Shown piece by piece: positions 16,512-25,600 of a stretch of 64,000 nt of DNA. Within the stretch, counting starts at the first letter, position 1, and every line of letters starts with the position of its first letter. Origin of the DNA: an uncultured Candidatus Babeliaceae bacterium (lineage in GTDB: Bacteria; Babelota; Babeliae; Babelales; Babelaceae); assembly GCA_963704655.1 (NCBI GenBank), contig OY969927.1:292222-356221 (forward strand), in the 5' to 3' direction. The notes under the pieces are model-generated. The model saw only the letters and a list, made by a program, of their open reading frames with translations, made no database searches and had not been told where the DNA came from. The position numbers and the translations under genes are program-made.

Positions 16512-16547
16512 ATGCGGACAAGTAGGTATTGAAATAAAGTTTTATGT

Positions 16548-16624
16548 GGCGGCGTAGCTCAGCTGGTTAGAGCGACGGAATCATAACCCGTAGGTCCGGG
16601 GTTCGAGTCCCTGCGCCGCCACCA
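16548..16624 (+). tRNA. tRNA with anticodon CAT (elongator Met or lysidine-modified Ile2; not an initiator type), CCA encoded
   Basis: Hand fold: acceptor GGCGGCG/CGCCGCC with 1-72 paired, D arm GCTC-AGCTGGTTA-GAGC, anticodon loop ATCATAA, T arm CGGGG-TTCGAGT-CCCTG. Pair 31-39 is A-C. Confidence 0.88.
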
Positions 16625-16685
16625 TCTTGCGCATATCCACGCCTGCAAACTTGGCATGCTACAGATGGCGGGCCATATTCGGGCC
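16625..16685. repeat. GC-rich trailer directly 3' of tRNA(CAT), homologous to 14823-14880
   Basis: See the alignment reported for 14820-14880. Confidence 0.7.
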
Positions 16686-16714
16686 TTATATAAAGTAAAT
16701 TTACAGTTCCAAAA

Positions 16715-16788
16715 GTGTCATTCTAGTACTTAGATAAATAAAGTATTCAATACTCGCTCATCCTGAGCGTGTCGAAGGGTTAGCGAAA
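16715..16788. repeat. degenerate hairpin repeat copy upstream of pgsA
   Basis: GTGTCATTCTAGTAC..CTCATCCTGAGCGTGTCGAAGGGTTAGCGAAA. Confidence 0.65.
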
Positions 16789-16791
16789 TTA

Positions 16792-17304
16792 ATGAACATA
16801 TCCCTTATTTTTACTCTCTTACGTCTTTTTCTTTCGCCATTACTCTTGGCGCCACTTATCGCGCTGCAAGCGCCTGTTCTTCTTACTTTTTCTTTGTATG
16901 TCTTTTTAGCATTAACAGATTTTTTTGACGGTTTTTTTGCGCGTAAATTTAATCAAGTTAGTGGGTTAGGTGCGTTTCTTGACCAATTTGCCGATAAGAT
17001 TTTTCTCTTCTCTGTTGTTTTTGCAACATTGTATACGCATCAATTGCCATTACATATCGCGTTATTGTTAGCGTTTCGTGAACTTGGGGTTATGGGCATG
17101 CGTGAGTATGGTATGCAAAAAAATATCCAATTGCCTGTTATTTTTTCAGCAAAATTAAAAACGGCGTTTCAGATGATTCTTTTTGGCTGGATTATTTTAA
17201 ATCAGCACTTTCCTGGAGCAGAATATATCACCGCGTCTCTCTTTTTTATTACCATTGGATTATCGTATTATTCTGCATATTTTTATGTAAGAAAATTTTT
17301 GTAA
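16792..17304 (+). CDS. pgsA: CDP-alcohol phosphatidyltransferase (phosphatidylglycerophosphate synthase-like)
   Basis: DFFDGFFARKFNQVSGLGAFLDQFADK fits D-x2-D-G-x2-A-R-x8-G-x3-D-x3-D exactly. The protein is a 170-aa polytopic membrane protein. Confidence 0.85.
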   Translation: MNISLIFTLLRLFLSPLLLAPLIALQAPVLLTFSLYVFLALTDFFDGFFARKFNQVSGLGAFLDQFADKIFLFSVVFATLYTHQLPLHIALLLAFRELGVMGMREYGMQKNIQLPVIFSAKLKTAFQMILFGWIILNQHFPGAEYITASLFFITIGLSYYSAYFYVRKFL

Positions 17305-17366
17305 TTTTCATGCTGCGGTATGGTATACTAATTGTAACGTAAAGCTATTTAAAAATTGGATTATCT

Positions 17367-19136
17367 ATGAAATTTCAAGAAGTAGTATCTGTCTTTGAGT
17401 CTATAGAAAAACTGGCGTCACGTAATGCTATCATGGAACTTCTAGCAGATATTTTCAAGCGCGCTACGCCTCATGAAGCACAAATGCTTACCTATCTTTC
17501 TGTTGGGCAGGTTCGCCCGACCTATTTAGGGAGCCAGTTTAATATTGCCGATAAGACACTTAAAAAAGTTATTCAAGAGATCACTCAGCTTTCACCAACT
17601 GATTTTGCGCATCAAGTAAAAGAGTTTGGTGATCTGGGGACGTTGTTGGCTGCACAAAGTTGGCAACCGAATGAAACCCTGACACTTAAATATGTCTTTG
17701 ATGCTCTTGTCGAGTTACAAACTATCTCTGGCGAAGGTTCACAAGATGTACGTGCACAATTCCTGGAAAAGCTTTTGCGCCAATTGAGTCCTGCCGGCGC
17801 AGGCTTTGTGGTACGTATTATTTTAGGTAAACTGCGTACCGGATTTTCTGATATGACCATTATTGATGCATTCTCTTGGATGCTTGCCGGTAATAAAAGC
17901 CTAAGCAAAGAGATCGAGCATGCCTATAATGTCTGTGCCGATTTGGGGCTTATTGCCTATACGTTAAAAAAAGATGGGCAAGCGGGTCTTGAACATATTC
18001 ATATTACCGTTGGTATACCTATTTTGCCCTCACTTGCAGAACGTTTGGCAACAGCGTTAGAGATTGTCGATAAATTGGGTCACTGTGCCGCACAGCCAAA
18101 ACTTGATGGGTTTAGACTCCAAGTGCATATTGTGCATAGTGACAAAACCAAAGGACCGAAGGTCTATTTTTACTCACGTAATTTAATAAACATGACGCAT
18201 ATGTTTCCCGATCTTACCCGCGCAGCTGAAAAGCTGCCAGTTGAAGATGCGATCTTTGAAGGTGAAGCTATTGTCTTTGACGAGTCAACCGGGGCATTTC
18301 TGCCTTTTCAAGAGACGGTAAAACGTAAACGAAAACATGACATTGAAACTGTTGCACAAGAGTTCCCTTTAAAACTTTTTGTTTTTGATCTTTTGTATCT
18401 TAATGGTGAATCGATGCTCAATAAAGGGCACGAAACCCGCAGAAAAGCAGCGCTTACATTTTTATCAGCTGATCATGCCGATACTCTTTCATTAATCGAT
18501 GAGCGTGAGGTTAACACACCACAAGAGCTTGAAGATTATTTTCTTGAATGCATAGAAGAGGGTCTTGAAGGTTTGGTGGTAAAAAAAATGAATGCGCATT
18601 ATCAGCCGGGTAAACGAAATTTTAATTGGATAAAACTAAAACGTACACAAGAGTCCGGAACGCTTACTGACACTATCGACGCAGTAGTTTTAGGCTATTA
18701 TCATGGCCGCGGAAGACGTGCCGCTTTTGGCATCGGCGCCTTTTTAATTGGCGTTTATGACAAAAAACATGACCGTTTTGAAACACTTGCTAAAGTGGGT
18801 ACCGGGCTTTCCGACCAGGGCTTTAAAGATATAAAAAAAATGTGCGATGGAATAAAAATTGATCATAAACCTTTTAATGTAGTTTGCGCAAAAGAGCTTT
18901 TTCCCGATGTTTGGGTGGTACCAAAGCTTGTGTGGGTAGTTATTGCTGATGAAATTACTCGTTCACCACTGCATACAGCTGGCAAGACAGAACATGAATT
19001 GGGCTATGCCTTACGTTTTCCACGGGCGATTGAATATCGTGCGGATAAAGATGAAAATCAAGCCACTACGGTTGATGAAATAATTCATATGTTTAATAAT
19101 TCGCATCTTAAAAAAGCTGAAAATAGAAAACAGTGA
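17367..19136 (+). CDS. ATP-dependent DNA ligase, three-domain (DBD + adenylation + OB) type
   Basis: Motif I is AQPKLDGFRLQVH (KxDG), III is FEGEAIVFD, IIIa is LFVFDLLYLNG, IV is EGLVVKK and V is NWIKLKR. About 230 aa lie N-terminal to motif I. Confidence 0.9.
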   Translation: MKFQEVVSVFESIEKLASRNAIMELLADIFKRATPHEAQMLTYLSVGQVRPTYLGSQFNIADKTLKKVIQEITQLSPTDFAHQVKEFGDLGTLLAAQSWQPNETLTLKYVFDALVELQTISGEGSQDVRAQFLEKLLRQLSPAGAGFVVRIILGKLRTGFSDMTIIDAFSWMLAGNKSLSKEIEHAYNVCADLGLIAYTLKKDGQAGLEHIHITVGIPILPSLAERLATALEIVDKLGHCAAQPKLDGFRLQVHIVHSDKTKGPKVYFYSRNLINMTHMFPDLTRAAEKLPVEDAIFEGEAIVFDESTGAFLPFQETVKRKRKHDIETVAQEFPLKLFVFDLLYLNGESMLNKGHETRRKAALTFLSADHADTLSLIDEREVNTPQELEDYFLECIEEGLEGLVVKKMNAHYQPGKRNFNWIKLKRTQESGTLTDTIDAVVLGYYHGRGRRAAFGIGAFLIGVYDKKHDRFETLAKVGTGLSDQGFKDIKKMCDGIKIDHKPFNVVCAKELFPDVWVVPKLVWVVIADEITRSPLHTAGKTEHELGYALRFPRAIEYRADKDENQATTVDEIIHMFNNSHLKKAENRKQ

Positions 19137-19146
19137 GCTGGAGAGC

Positions 19147-19180
19147 GGTGTTACCATGGGCGTGTCTCAGTTCTTCAAGG
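19147..19180. repeat. degenerate hairpin repeat copy between the convergent ligase and hxlA genes
   Basis: GGTGTTACCATGGGCGTGTCTCAG resembles 16442-16466 and 11386-11408. Confidence 0.55.
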
Positions 19181-19211
19181 ATGGATATTTTAGTAGTCGT
19201 GAGTAATTTAG

Positions 19212-19835
19212 TTAATCGTGAATTAATTTATAAAACTTTTCAGCCTCAGCTGCTGGGTTAGCGGCAGAAGTTATCTCCTTGCCAATAACTATTGCAGCAG
19301 GGTTAAGTTCGATAATTGTAGGTAAGGTTTCAGGTGAGATATTGCCCGAAATATATACCGGCAATGGTGTGTTACCCTTAACCATATCCCAGGTTTCCAA
19401 AAAGGTAAGTTGAGAAGAATCTTGTGTTGGCATAGGCAATAATAATGCATCAACACCAAAACTTTTAGCTTCGAGTGCAGATTGCCCTAATGAGCTTGCA
19501 TCGATAAGATCAAGCATCACCTTTTTGCCGCGTTCATGTGCAGCATTGCATGCGCTATGTATCACATTGCGACGCGTGCCTGCAAGAACTGTTACCCAGT
19601 CTGCTCCAGCATCTGAACATAAAAGAGTTGCCTCTTTTGCGCGATCGGCGATTTTTACATCAGCAAGAATCGTTTTGTGGGGAAACTGCTGTTTAAAGCG
19701 TGTTACTGCCTGCATGCCGTTTTTGTAGATAAGCAGAGAGCCGACCTCAAAAATATCAGCGTATTTTTCTATGCTCTGCGCGATTGAAAGGGCGGTTTCA
19801 AGATCTGTAAGATCAAATGCAATGTGCAACTTCAT
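19212..19835 (-). CDS. hxlA: 3-hexulose-6-phosphate synthase / KGPDC-family decarboxylase (OMPDC fold)
   Basis: MKLHIAFDLTDLETALSIAQSI..ADIFEVGSLLI..ILADVKIADRA..GADWVTVLAG follows the HPS/UlaD pattern. Length 207 aa. Confidence 0.75.
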   Translation of the reverse strand: MKLHIAFDLTDLETALSIAQSIEKYADIFEVGSLLIYKNGMQAVTRFKQQFPHKTILADVKIADRAKEATLLCSDAGADWVTVLAGTRRNVIHSACNAAHERGKKVMLDLIDASSLGQSALEAKSFGVDALLLPMPTQDSSQLTFLETWDMVKGNTPLPVYISGNISPETLPTIIELNPAAIVIGKEITSAANPAAEAEKFYKLIHD

Positions 19836-19919
19836 ATCTTAATAATCCTTTAGTGGTACCTGAAAATGGTCGAATACTTCAAAAAAAGTATAGCAGCAAC
19901 TAGAATAATTATCTATTAT

Positions 19920-20651
19920 TTATGCTTTAATTGCTTGCGCAAAAGATTGCGGTTCAACCTTTTTCTCAATAACCAATGGCGCAAAAAAGCGGTTAATCTT
20001 TAAAAATTTTAAAACGCAAAATGGCGTATCGATAGATGTATGCACAAAGATATCGGGTAATATGAAATTCGGCCCAGGGACACTTTCATGGGTACCTTGT
20101 GTAATTTCTATATCTTTTGGTTTTGCCATAATAATAAGTGCGTGACTGTCTATCTGTGATTTTGCCGGACGTTCAAGCTGTGTGATATTCCAGTACCATT
20201 TTTTATGCTGTTCATCATGCTTAAGATTATAACGGTAAAATGTGGCATTAACTTCTTCTGGAACTTCAAAATGGTGCACCGTGTTCCCCTGGAACATTAC
20301 CGGGTATATCTGGCTTGTTACCACTACCGTTAAAGAATTACTGCTTTCTTTATTGGGCAACAGTATTTCGCCCTGATAATCGGTATATGTTATATACCCT
20401 ACATAATTAACATAAACTCCCTGTACTAAGGGACTTGTTAAATGGCGCTGTAATATCATGTTGCTGATATCGGCATGCGAGCTGATAAGTCCAGTTAATT
20501 TGTCTGCGGGGAACTTTTTAGCGCATGCGGGGTTGCTGGCGCAGGGCACCATAAAAAAGCTGATAACATGTGGCGTTGGCGCAGATTGCCCATAGGTTGT
20601 AAGCGGTATAAAACTACTTAACCAAAAAAGAAGAAATAAGATTTTTTTCAT
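19920..20651 (-). CDS. hypothetical secreted protein
   Basis: ORF track. The ATG at 20651 gives MKKILFLLFWLSSFIPLTTYG. No recognisable motif. Confidence 0.55.
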   Translation of the reverse strand: MKKILFLLFWLSSFIPLTTYGQSAPTPHVISFFMVPCASNPACAKKFPADKLTGLISSHADISNMILQRHLTSPLVQGVYVNYVGYITYTDYQGEILLPNKESSNSLTVVVTSQIYPVMFQGNTVHHFEVPEEVNATFYRYNLKHDEQHKKWYWNITQLERPAKSQIDSHALIIMAKPKDIEITQGTHESVPGPNFILPDIFVHTSIDTPFCVLKFLKINRFFAPLVIEKKVEPQSFAQAIKA

Positions 20652-20795
20652 TGACACTTCCCCCCAGAAATAGACTATTTGCTTTCAGTTTACTTAATTA
20701 CAATGGCAGATTGCAACTTTTAAATAAGATCCCACCCATTTTTATTAATTACCAAATGTTAACTAGACTTAACATATAGTTCAACTAAGTGTTAA

Positions 20796-21090
20796 TTAAC
20801 GTGAGTTCGACTAAAATAAGCCATACTTAAAGCCTCTTATTTCCCGTAGTGTCATGGAGCACTATGTGCTCTACTTTCGGGCAGTGACCCGGAATCTATC
20901 TATTAAAGTAAATTTCGATAATAATATTGATCTATTCGATTTTTTTTTACAAAGTAAGATAGACCCCGACTCCAGCCGTCGCTTATCCAGGCCTTCCTAT
21001 CGAAGTACGGGGGTGACACCTTAATAATTCGTAATTAAACTTTGAAACAACAATATTTTCTGCTATTTTTTATCATCGAACTCATGTTAA
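20796..21090. mobile_element. MITE-like element (287 bp, 20800-21086) flanked by TTAA on both sides, carrying an inner GTGTCA..TGACAC GC-rich repeat (20849-21019)
   Basis: The ends are CGTGAGTTCGAC at left and TCGAACTCATG at right, an imperfect inverted repeat. TTAA lies at 20796-20799 and at 21087-21090. No ORF inside. Same family as 62554-62815 and 8305-8410. Confidence 0.7.
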
Positions 21091-21095
21091 CTTAA

Positions 21096-22550
21096 TTACT
21101 CACCAGTTCTTTTTGCCTGAACCTTTCCCGTTCCAAAAAGCCTTTGGAATAGAGTTTTTTCCTTTTTCTCTTCTTCCTCTTGCTCTTGCTCAGGCTCAAG
21201 GTTTGCTTGTGAAGATGATGCTGATGTTTTTGCCGGCTTACGCTCAGGTTCATGGCCAGCGAGTCTCGATGTAACACGTTCATAACTCTGAGTTGAAGCA
21301 ATGTTTTTGCGACTTTTAATTATTGCATTTTTTTGTGCTTGACTCATAAGACCTTCAAGTATAGCCTTTTCAAATTCATCCCCAGAAAGCCTTAAGGCCT
21401 TTTGAGCATGACCAATTGCAAGAGCATATTCCTCTTTATTAAAATATATCTTTGCTAATTCAGACTCTACATAAAAGTTCTTATCAGTTTTTAATGTAGC
21501 ATCTTTAAGTATAAGAAACACTTCGTCCTCAATGTCTTTTTGTGAGCGTTGTGACTTATTTTCACGTATTTCGCGAACTCTTATTGCATAAGATTCATTT
21601 TTAAGTGCACCAGACAATTCCAGAGCCTGTGTTTTTAAATGTTCAGGTGCCAATGGTATTGCATAATCTATATATTTTTTTGCTAAATCCAAGTTCCCGT
21701 TTTCATAATATAATTTTGCTAAATTATACTCTACATTATAAAGGGAATGGTTAGTTCTTTTACTCGCTTGCAAAAGCAACTGCAAAGCTTCATTCTTTAA
21801 GCTAAGGCGCTTTGTTACATCATTTTCTTGCTCAGCATTACCTAGAATGATTAATGCTTGCGATGCAAGATCAAGAGCCTCTTTATCCCAAATCTCTTTG
21901 GCTTTTCCTTTGCCACGAGCAGCTTCTTTGGCTAATTGAGCACGATATAGCTTTTCTTTGCTTGCTAACCATTTTTTATGTTTTGGCTCCAAGTCTAAAG
22001 AATAACGCGTACCAGATAAATTTTTATATTTCCCATCTTTTATAATATCAAGTAAAATTTGTGCAAATGTAGTAGTATCCTCTTTTTGCAACTGTGCAAG
22101 CAGAAAAAGCTCATCATAACATTTAACTATTTTGAAAGAATATACTTTTACACTTTCTGGATCTTGCTCTTGGCCTTTTTGATAATATTCCTTGACAGCT
22201 TCAGCTGCTTTAATTTTTGCAATATACCCAGGAATACTATTTGTGTGCGCCTCAGCAGCCTGCTTTAACGTTTGCAAGGCCTCAGTTTTTCTATTTGCTT
22301 TATTAAGAGCTAAAGCATTTTCATAAAGAAGCTCAGGCTCTTGCTTTTGTGCTGGTATAAACATACGGTTACCACTGCTTGAACTGGCAACAGTTTTTTG
22401 TGTTACTACAGGCATTCGGCTACTACTACTACTACTACTTGAACCTGCTTGACGATAATCACCTAAAAGATCTAAATCGAACTCACCGGCAAAAGCTGGT
22501 GCACTAGCATATAACGCTAGCAGATATACTTTATTTTTCATATTCTTCAT
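21096..22550 (-). CDS. secreted TPR-repeat protein with poly-Ser tract and acidic C-terminus
   Basis: AAGGAG lies 6 nt before the ATG at 22550, giving MKNMKNKVYLLALYASAPAFA. TPR-like units include YNLAKLYYENGNLDLAKKYIDYAI and LAKIYFNKEEYALAIGHAQKAL. An S8 run is also present. Confidence 0.75.
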   Translation of the reverse strand: MKNMKNKVYLLALYASAPAFAGEFDLDLLGDYRQAGSSSSSSSSRMPVVTQKTVASSSSGNRMFIPAQKQEPELLYENALALNKANRKTEALQTLKQAAEAHTNSIPGYIAKIKAAEAVKEYYQKGQEQDPESVKVYSFKIVKCYDELFLLAQLQKEDTTTFAQILLDIIKDGKYKNLSGTRYSLDLEPKHKKWLASKEKLYRAQLAKEAARGKGKAKEIWDKEALDLASQALIILGNAEQENDVTKRLSLKNEALQLLLQASKRTNHSLYNVEYNLAKLYYENGNLDLAKKYIDYAIPLAPEHLKTQALELSGALKNESYAIRVREIRENKSQRSQKDIEDEVFLILKDATLKTDKNFYVESELAKIYFNKEEYALAIGHAQKALRLSGDEFEKAILEGLMSQAQKNAIIKSRKNIASTQSYERVTSRLAGHEPERKPAKTSASSSQANLEPEQEQEEEEKKEKTLFQRLFGTGKVQAKRTGE

Positions 22551-22683
22551 AACACTCTCCTTAATGGCCATATAATATCCTATTTATTCACTCTATTTCT
22601 CTATTTTTTTCAGCTTAAACAAAGCGTAAACGCAGAGTCAACAATTTCAAATATATATTTATAGAAATTCCCCTAATACCTTT

Positions 22684-25600
22684 CTATGCCACCAACTTCT
22701 CTATTTTTGTTTGAAGATCAGCAATTTGCTCCTGCATAGTCGCAATTGTTTCCTTATAACATATTTCTAACGTCTCTAAACGTTTTCTATAGTCAAGTAA
22801 CATTGCACGATCTTTTTGCAGCTCATTAAGCATCATCAAAGGGATATACTGATATTGCACTGTTTGAGGCTGTCCATAAGCATCCTTAATAACAATGCCA
22901 GGATAGATTTCTTCAACCTCTTCAGCAATAAGACCATATTCTAGATGATCTTCATAACCATCCCAAATATAATTAAATGTTACCGGGCGTAGCTTATGCA
23001 GATCTTCTGTAATATTATCCATATCTTGAATATTTTTCTTAACACGTCGCGTTGATGCTGTTGTACCAAGCTTTCCATTAGACCCTATGCTAACTGCTGC
23101 TCCCCCTGTGGTATAGGTCTGTCCAAAGATACCTTGAATATAACAAGCACCCGAGCCCGCACCATACAGAGCTCCTATACGAATCGTATCACTTTCAGCT
23201 GTGGATGTTGTTATTGCACCAGCATATACGTTGGCACCAATATAAATATTACCCGTACCTGTCAATAAATTTGTTCCAGCATTATAACCAATAGCAACAT
23301 TATTTGTGCCAGTAGTTAAAGCAGCAAGTGCATCGGCGCCAATTGCGGTGTTATTGCCCCCATAGGTGATCGTGCCACTCAATTTAGTAAGTGCATAACA
23401 TCCGACAGCAACGTTATTGACACTTGCAGTATTTGCAGCAAGTGTTTGGTGCCCAATAGCAACGTTAGATGTGCCGGTGGTGTTTGCATTTAATGCATAA
23501 TACCCAACAGCGGTATTTTGAATGCCAGTAGTAGCATTTGCTAATGCACCTGAACCAACTGCGGTGAGCTGACTTGCTGTACTATTTGCCAGAGCATTTG
23601 TACCAATTGCTGTATTATCATTGCCACTAATATTAATGGTTAATGCTTCATTTCCAAGCGCCACATTGTTTGACCCAATGGTATTTGCATCTAATACTTG
23701 GTAACCGATACCAACGTTTGCCGTGCCTGTGGTATTAAATTGTAACACGCCGGTTCCAATACCAGTTTGCTGGCCGCCAGTATAGTTTGCGCTTGATAAT
23801 GCGTTATAACCAATAGCAATATTATCACCAAGTATACTTGCTCCGGAAAGTGCAAATGCGCCGATGGCAATATTGTCAAAGTTATTTATAGTTTTAGCAT
23901 TTGCAAGTGCTTGATAACCAATTGCAACGTTTGATGTTCCGGTTGTATTTGCATTAAGCGCATAATACCCCTCAGCATGATTTTGTACACCACTCGTGTT
24001 ATTTTGCAATGCACCAGTACCAATAGCAATCTGCTGACCCTTATTATAGTTTGCGCTTGATAATGCGTTATAACCAATTGCTATATTATCACCAAGCACT
24101 GCAGTTCCGGTTAATGTAAATGCGCCAATGGCAATATTGTCAAAGTTATTAATTGTTCTTGCATTTGCAAGCGCTTGGTAACCAATTGCAATATTTGAAG
24201 TTCCGGTGGTATTTAAGTTTAATGCATTGAAACCAACTGCGGTATTTTGAATGCCAGTAGTAGCATTTGCTAATGCACCTGAACCAACTGCGGTGAGCCG
24301 ACTTGCGGTGCTATTTGCCAGAGCATTTGTACCAATTGCCGTATTATCATTGCCACTAATATTAATGGTTAATGCTTCATTTCCAAGCGCCACATTGTTT
24401 GACCCAATGGTATTTGCATCTAATACTTGGTAACCGATACCAACGTTTGCCGTGCCAGTGGTGTTAAACTGTAACACGCCCGTCCCAATAGCAGTCTGCT
24501 GGCCCTTTGTGTAGTTTGCGCTTGATAATGCGTTATAACCAATTGCGATATTATCACCTAAAATAGATGCCCCAGAAAGCGTATTTGCACCGATAGCAAT
24601 ATTATCAAAGTTATTTGCAGTGTTAGCATTTGCAAGCGCTTGGTAACCAAGTGCGGTGTTATTGAACCCAGTAATATTAGCATTTAATGCATAATAACCA
24701 ACGGCAACATTTTGTGCGCCGGTGGTATTATTGAATAATGCACCAGAACCTATTCCAACCAACGAGCTTGTTTGGTTAGTTGATAAAGCCTGGTTACCAA
24801 CTGCGGTATTGTCTGAACCAACAGCCGCATTGTTAAGTGTTAAATTTCCGATGGCAGTATTATTGTTTGAAAATTGTGATAATGACAGCGCATTGAATCC
24901 AACAGCAGTATTATTAGACCCTGATGTATTTGATTGTAAGGTACTATAACCCACGCCAACGTTTTGAGTGCCTAAGGTATTATATTGTAAAGCTCCAGAC
25001 CCCACAGCAGTAAGGGCATTGCCAACTGAAGCCGTGAGAAGAGCATTATAACCAACTGCAGTGTTATTAAAGCCAATTATGTTACCAGAAAGTGAATAAG
25101 AACCTATAGCTGTATTGCTATTGCCAGTTGTGTTACCAGAAAGTGAATAGTAACCAACAGCTGTGTTGCTTGCGCCCGTATTATTGCTGCCCATACTCGA
25201 ATTACCAACAGCCACATTGAACGCTGAATTGCCAAAAACAAATGCATTATAACCAATAGCAACGTTTCCGTATGAAAAAGATCCATTCTGTAAGGTATTT
25301 GAGCCTATAGCGACATTTTCACCAGCTTGAATTATATTACTTAATGCATTGGAGCCTATAGCAATATTATTTGCCCCGCTAGGTATACCAAGAAACGGTA
25401 GGTTATAGTTTAACTTACTCAGTGCATAAGCGCCTATTGCAATATTATTTACCCCACTTGTATTTGTTTGTAATGCATCATAACCAATTGCGATGTTTCC
25501 AGTACCTGTAGTATTTGCCTGTAACGCGCCCGTTCCAATTGCTATCTGCTGCCCGCCGGTATAACCCGACGCAGAAAGCGCATTTGTTCCAACAGCGATG

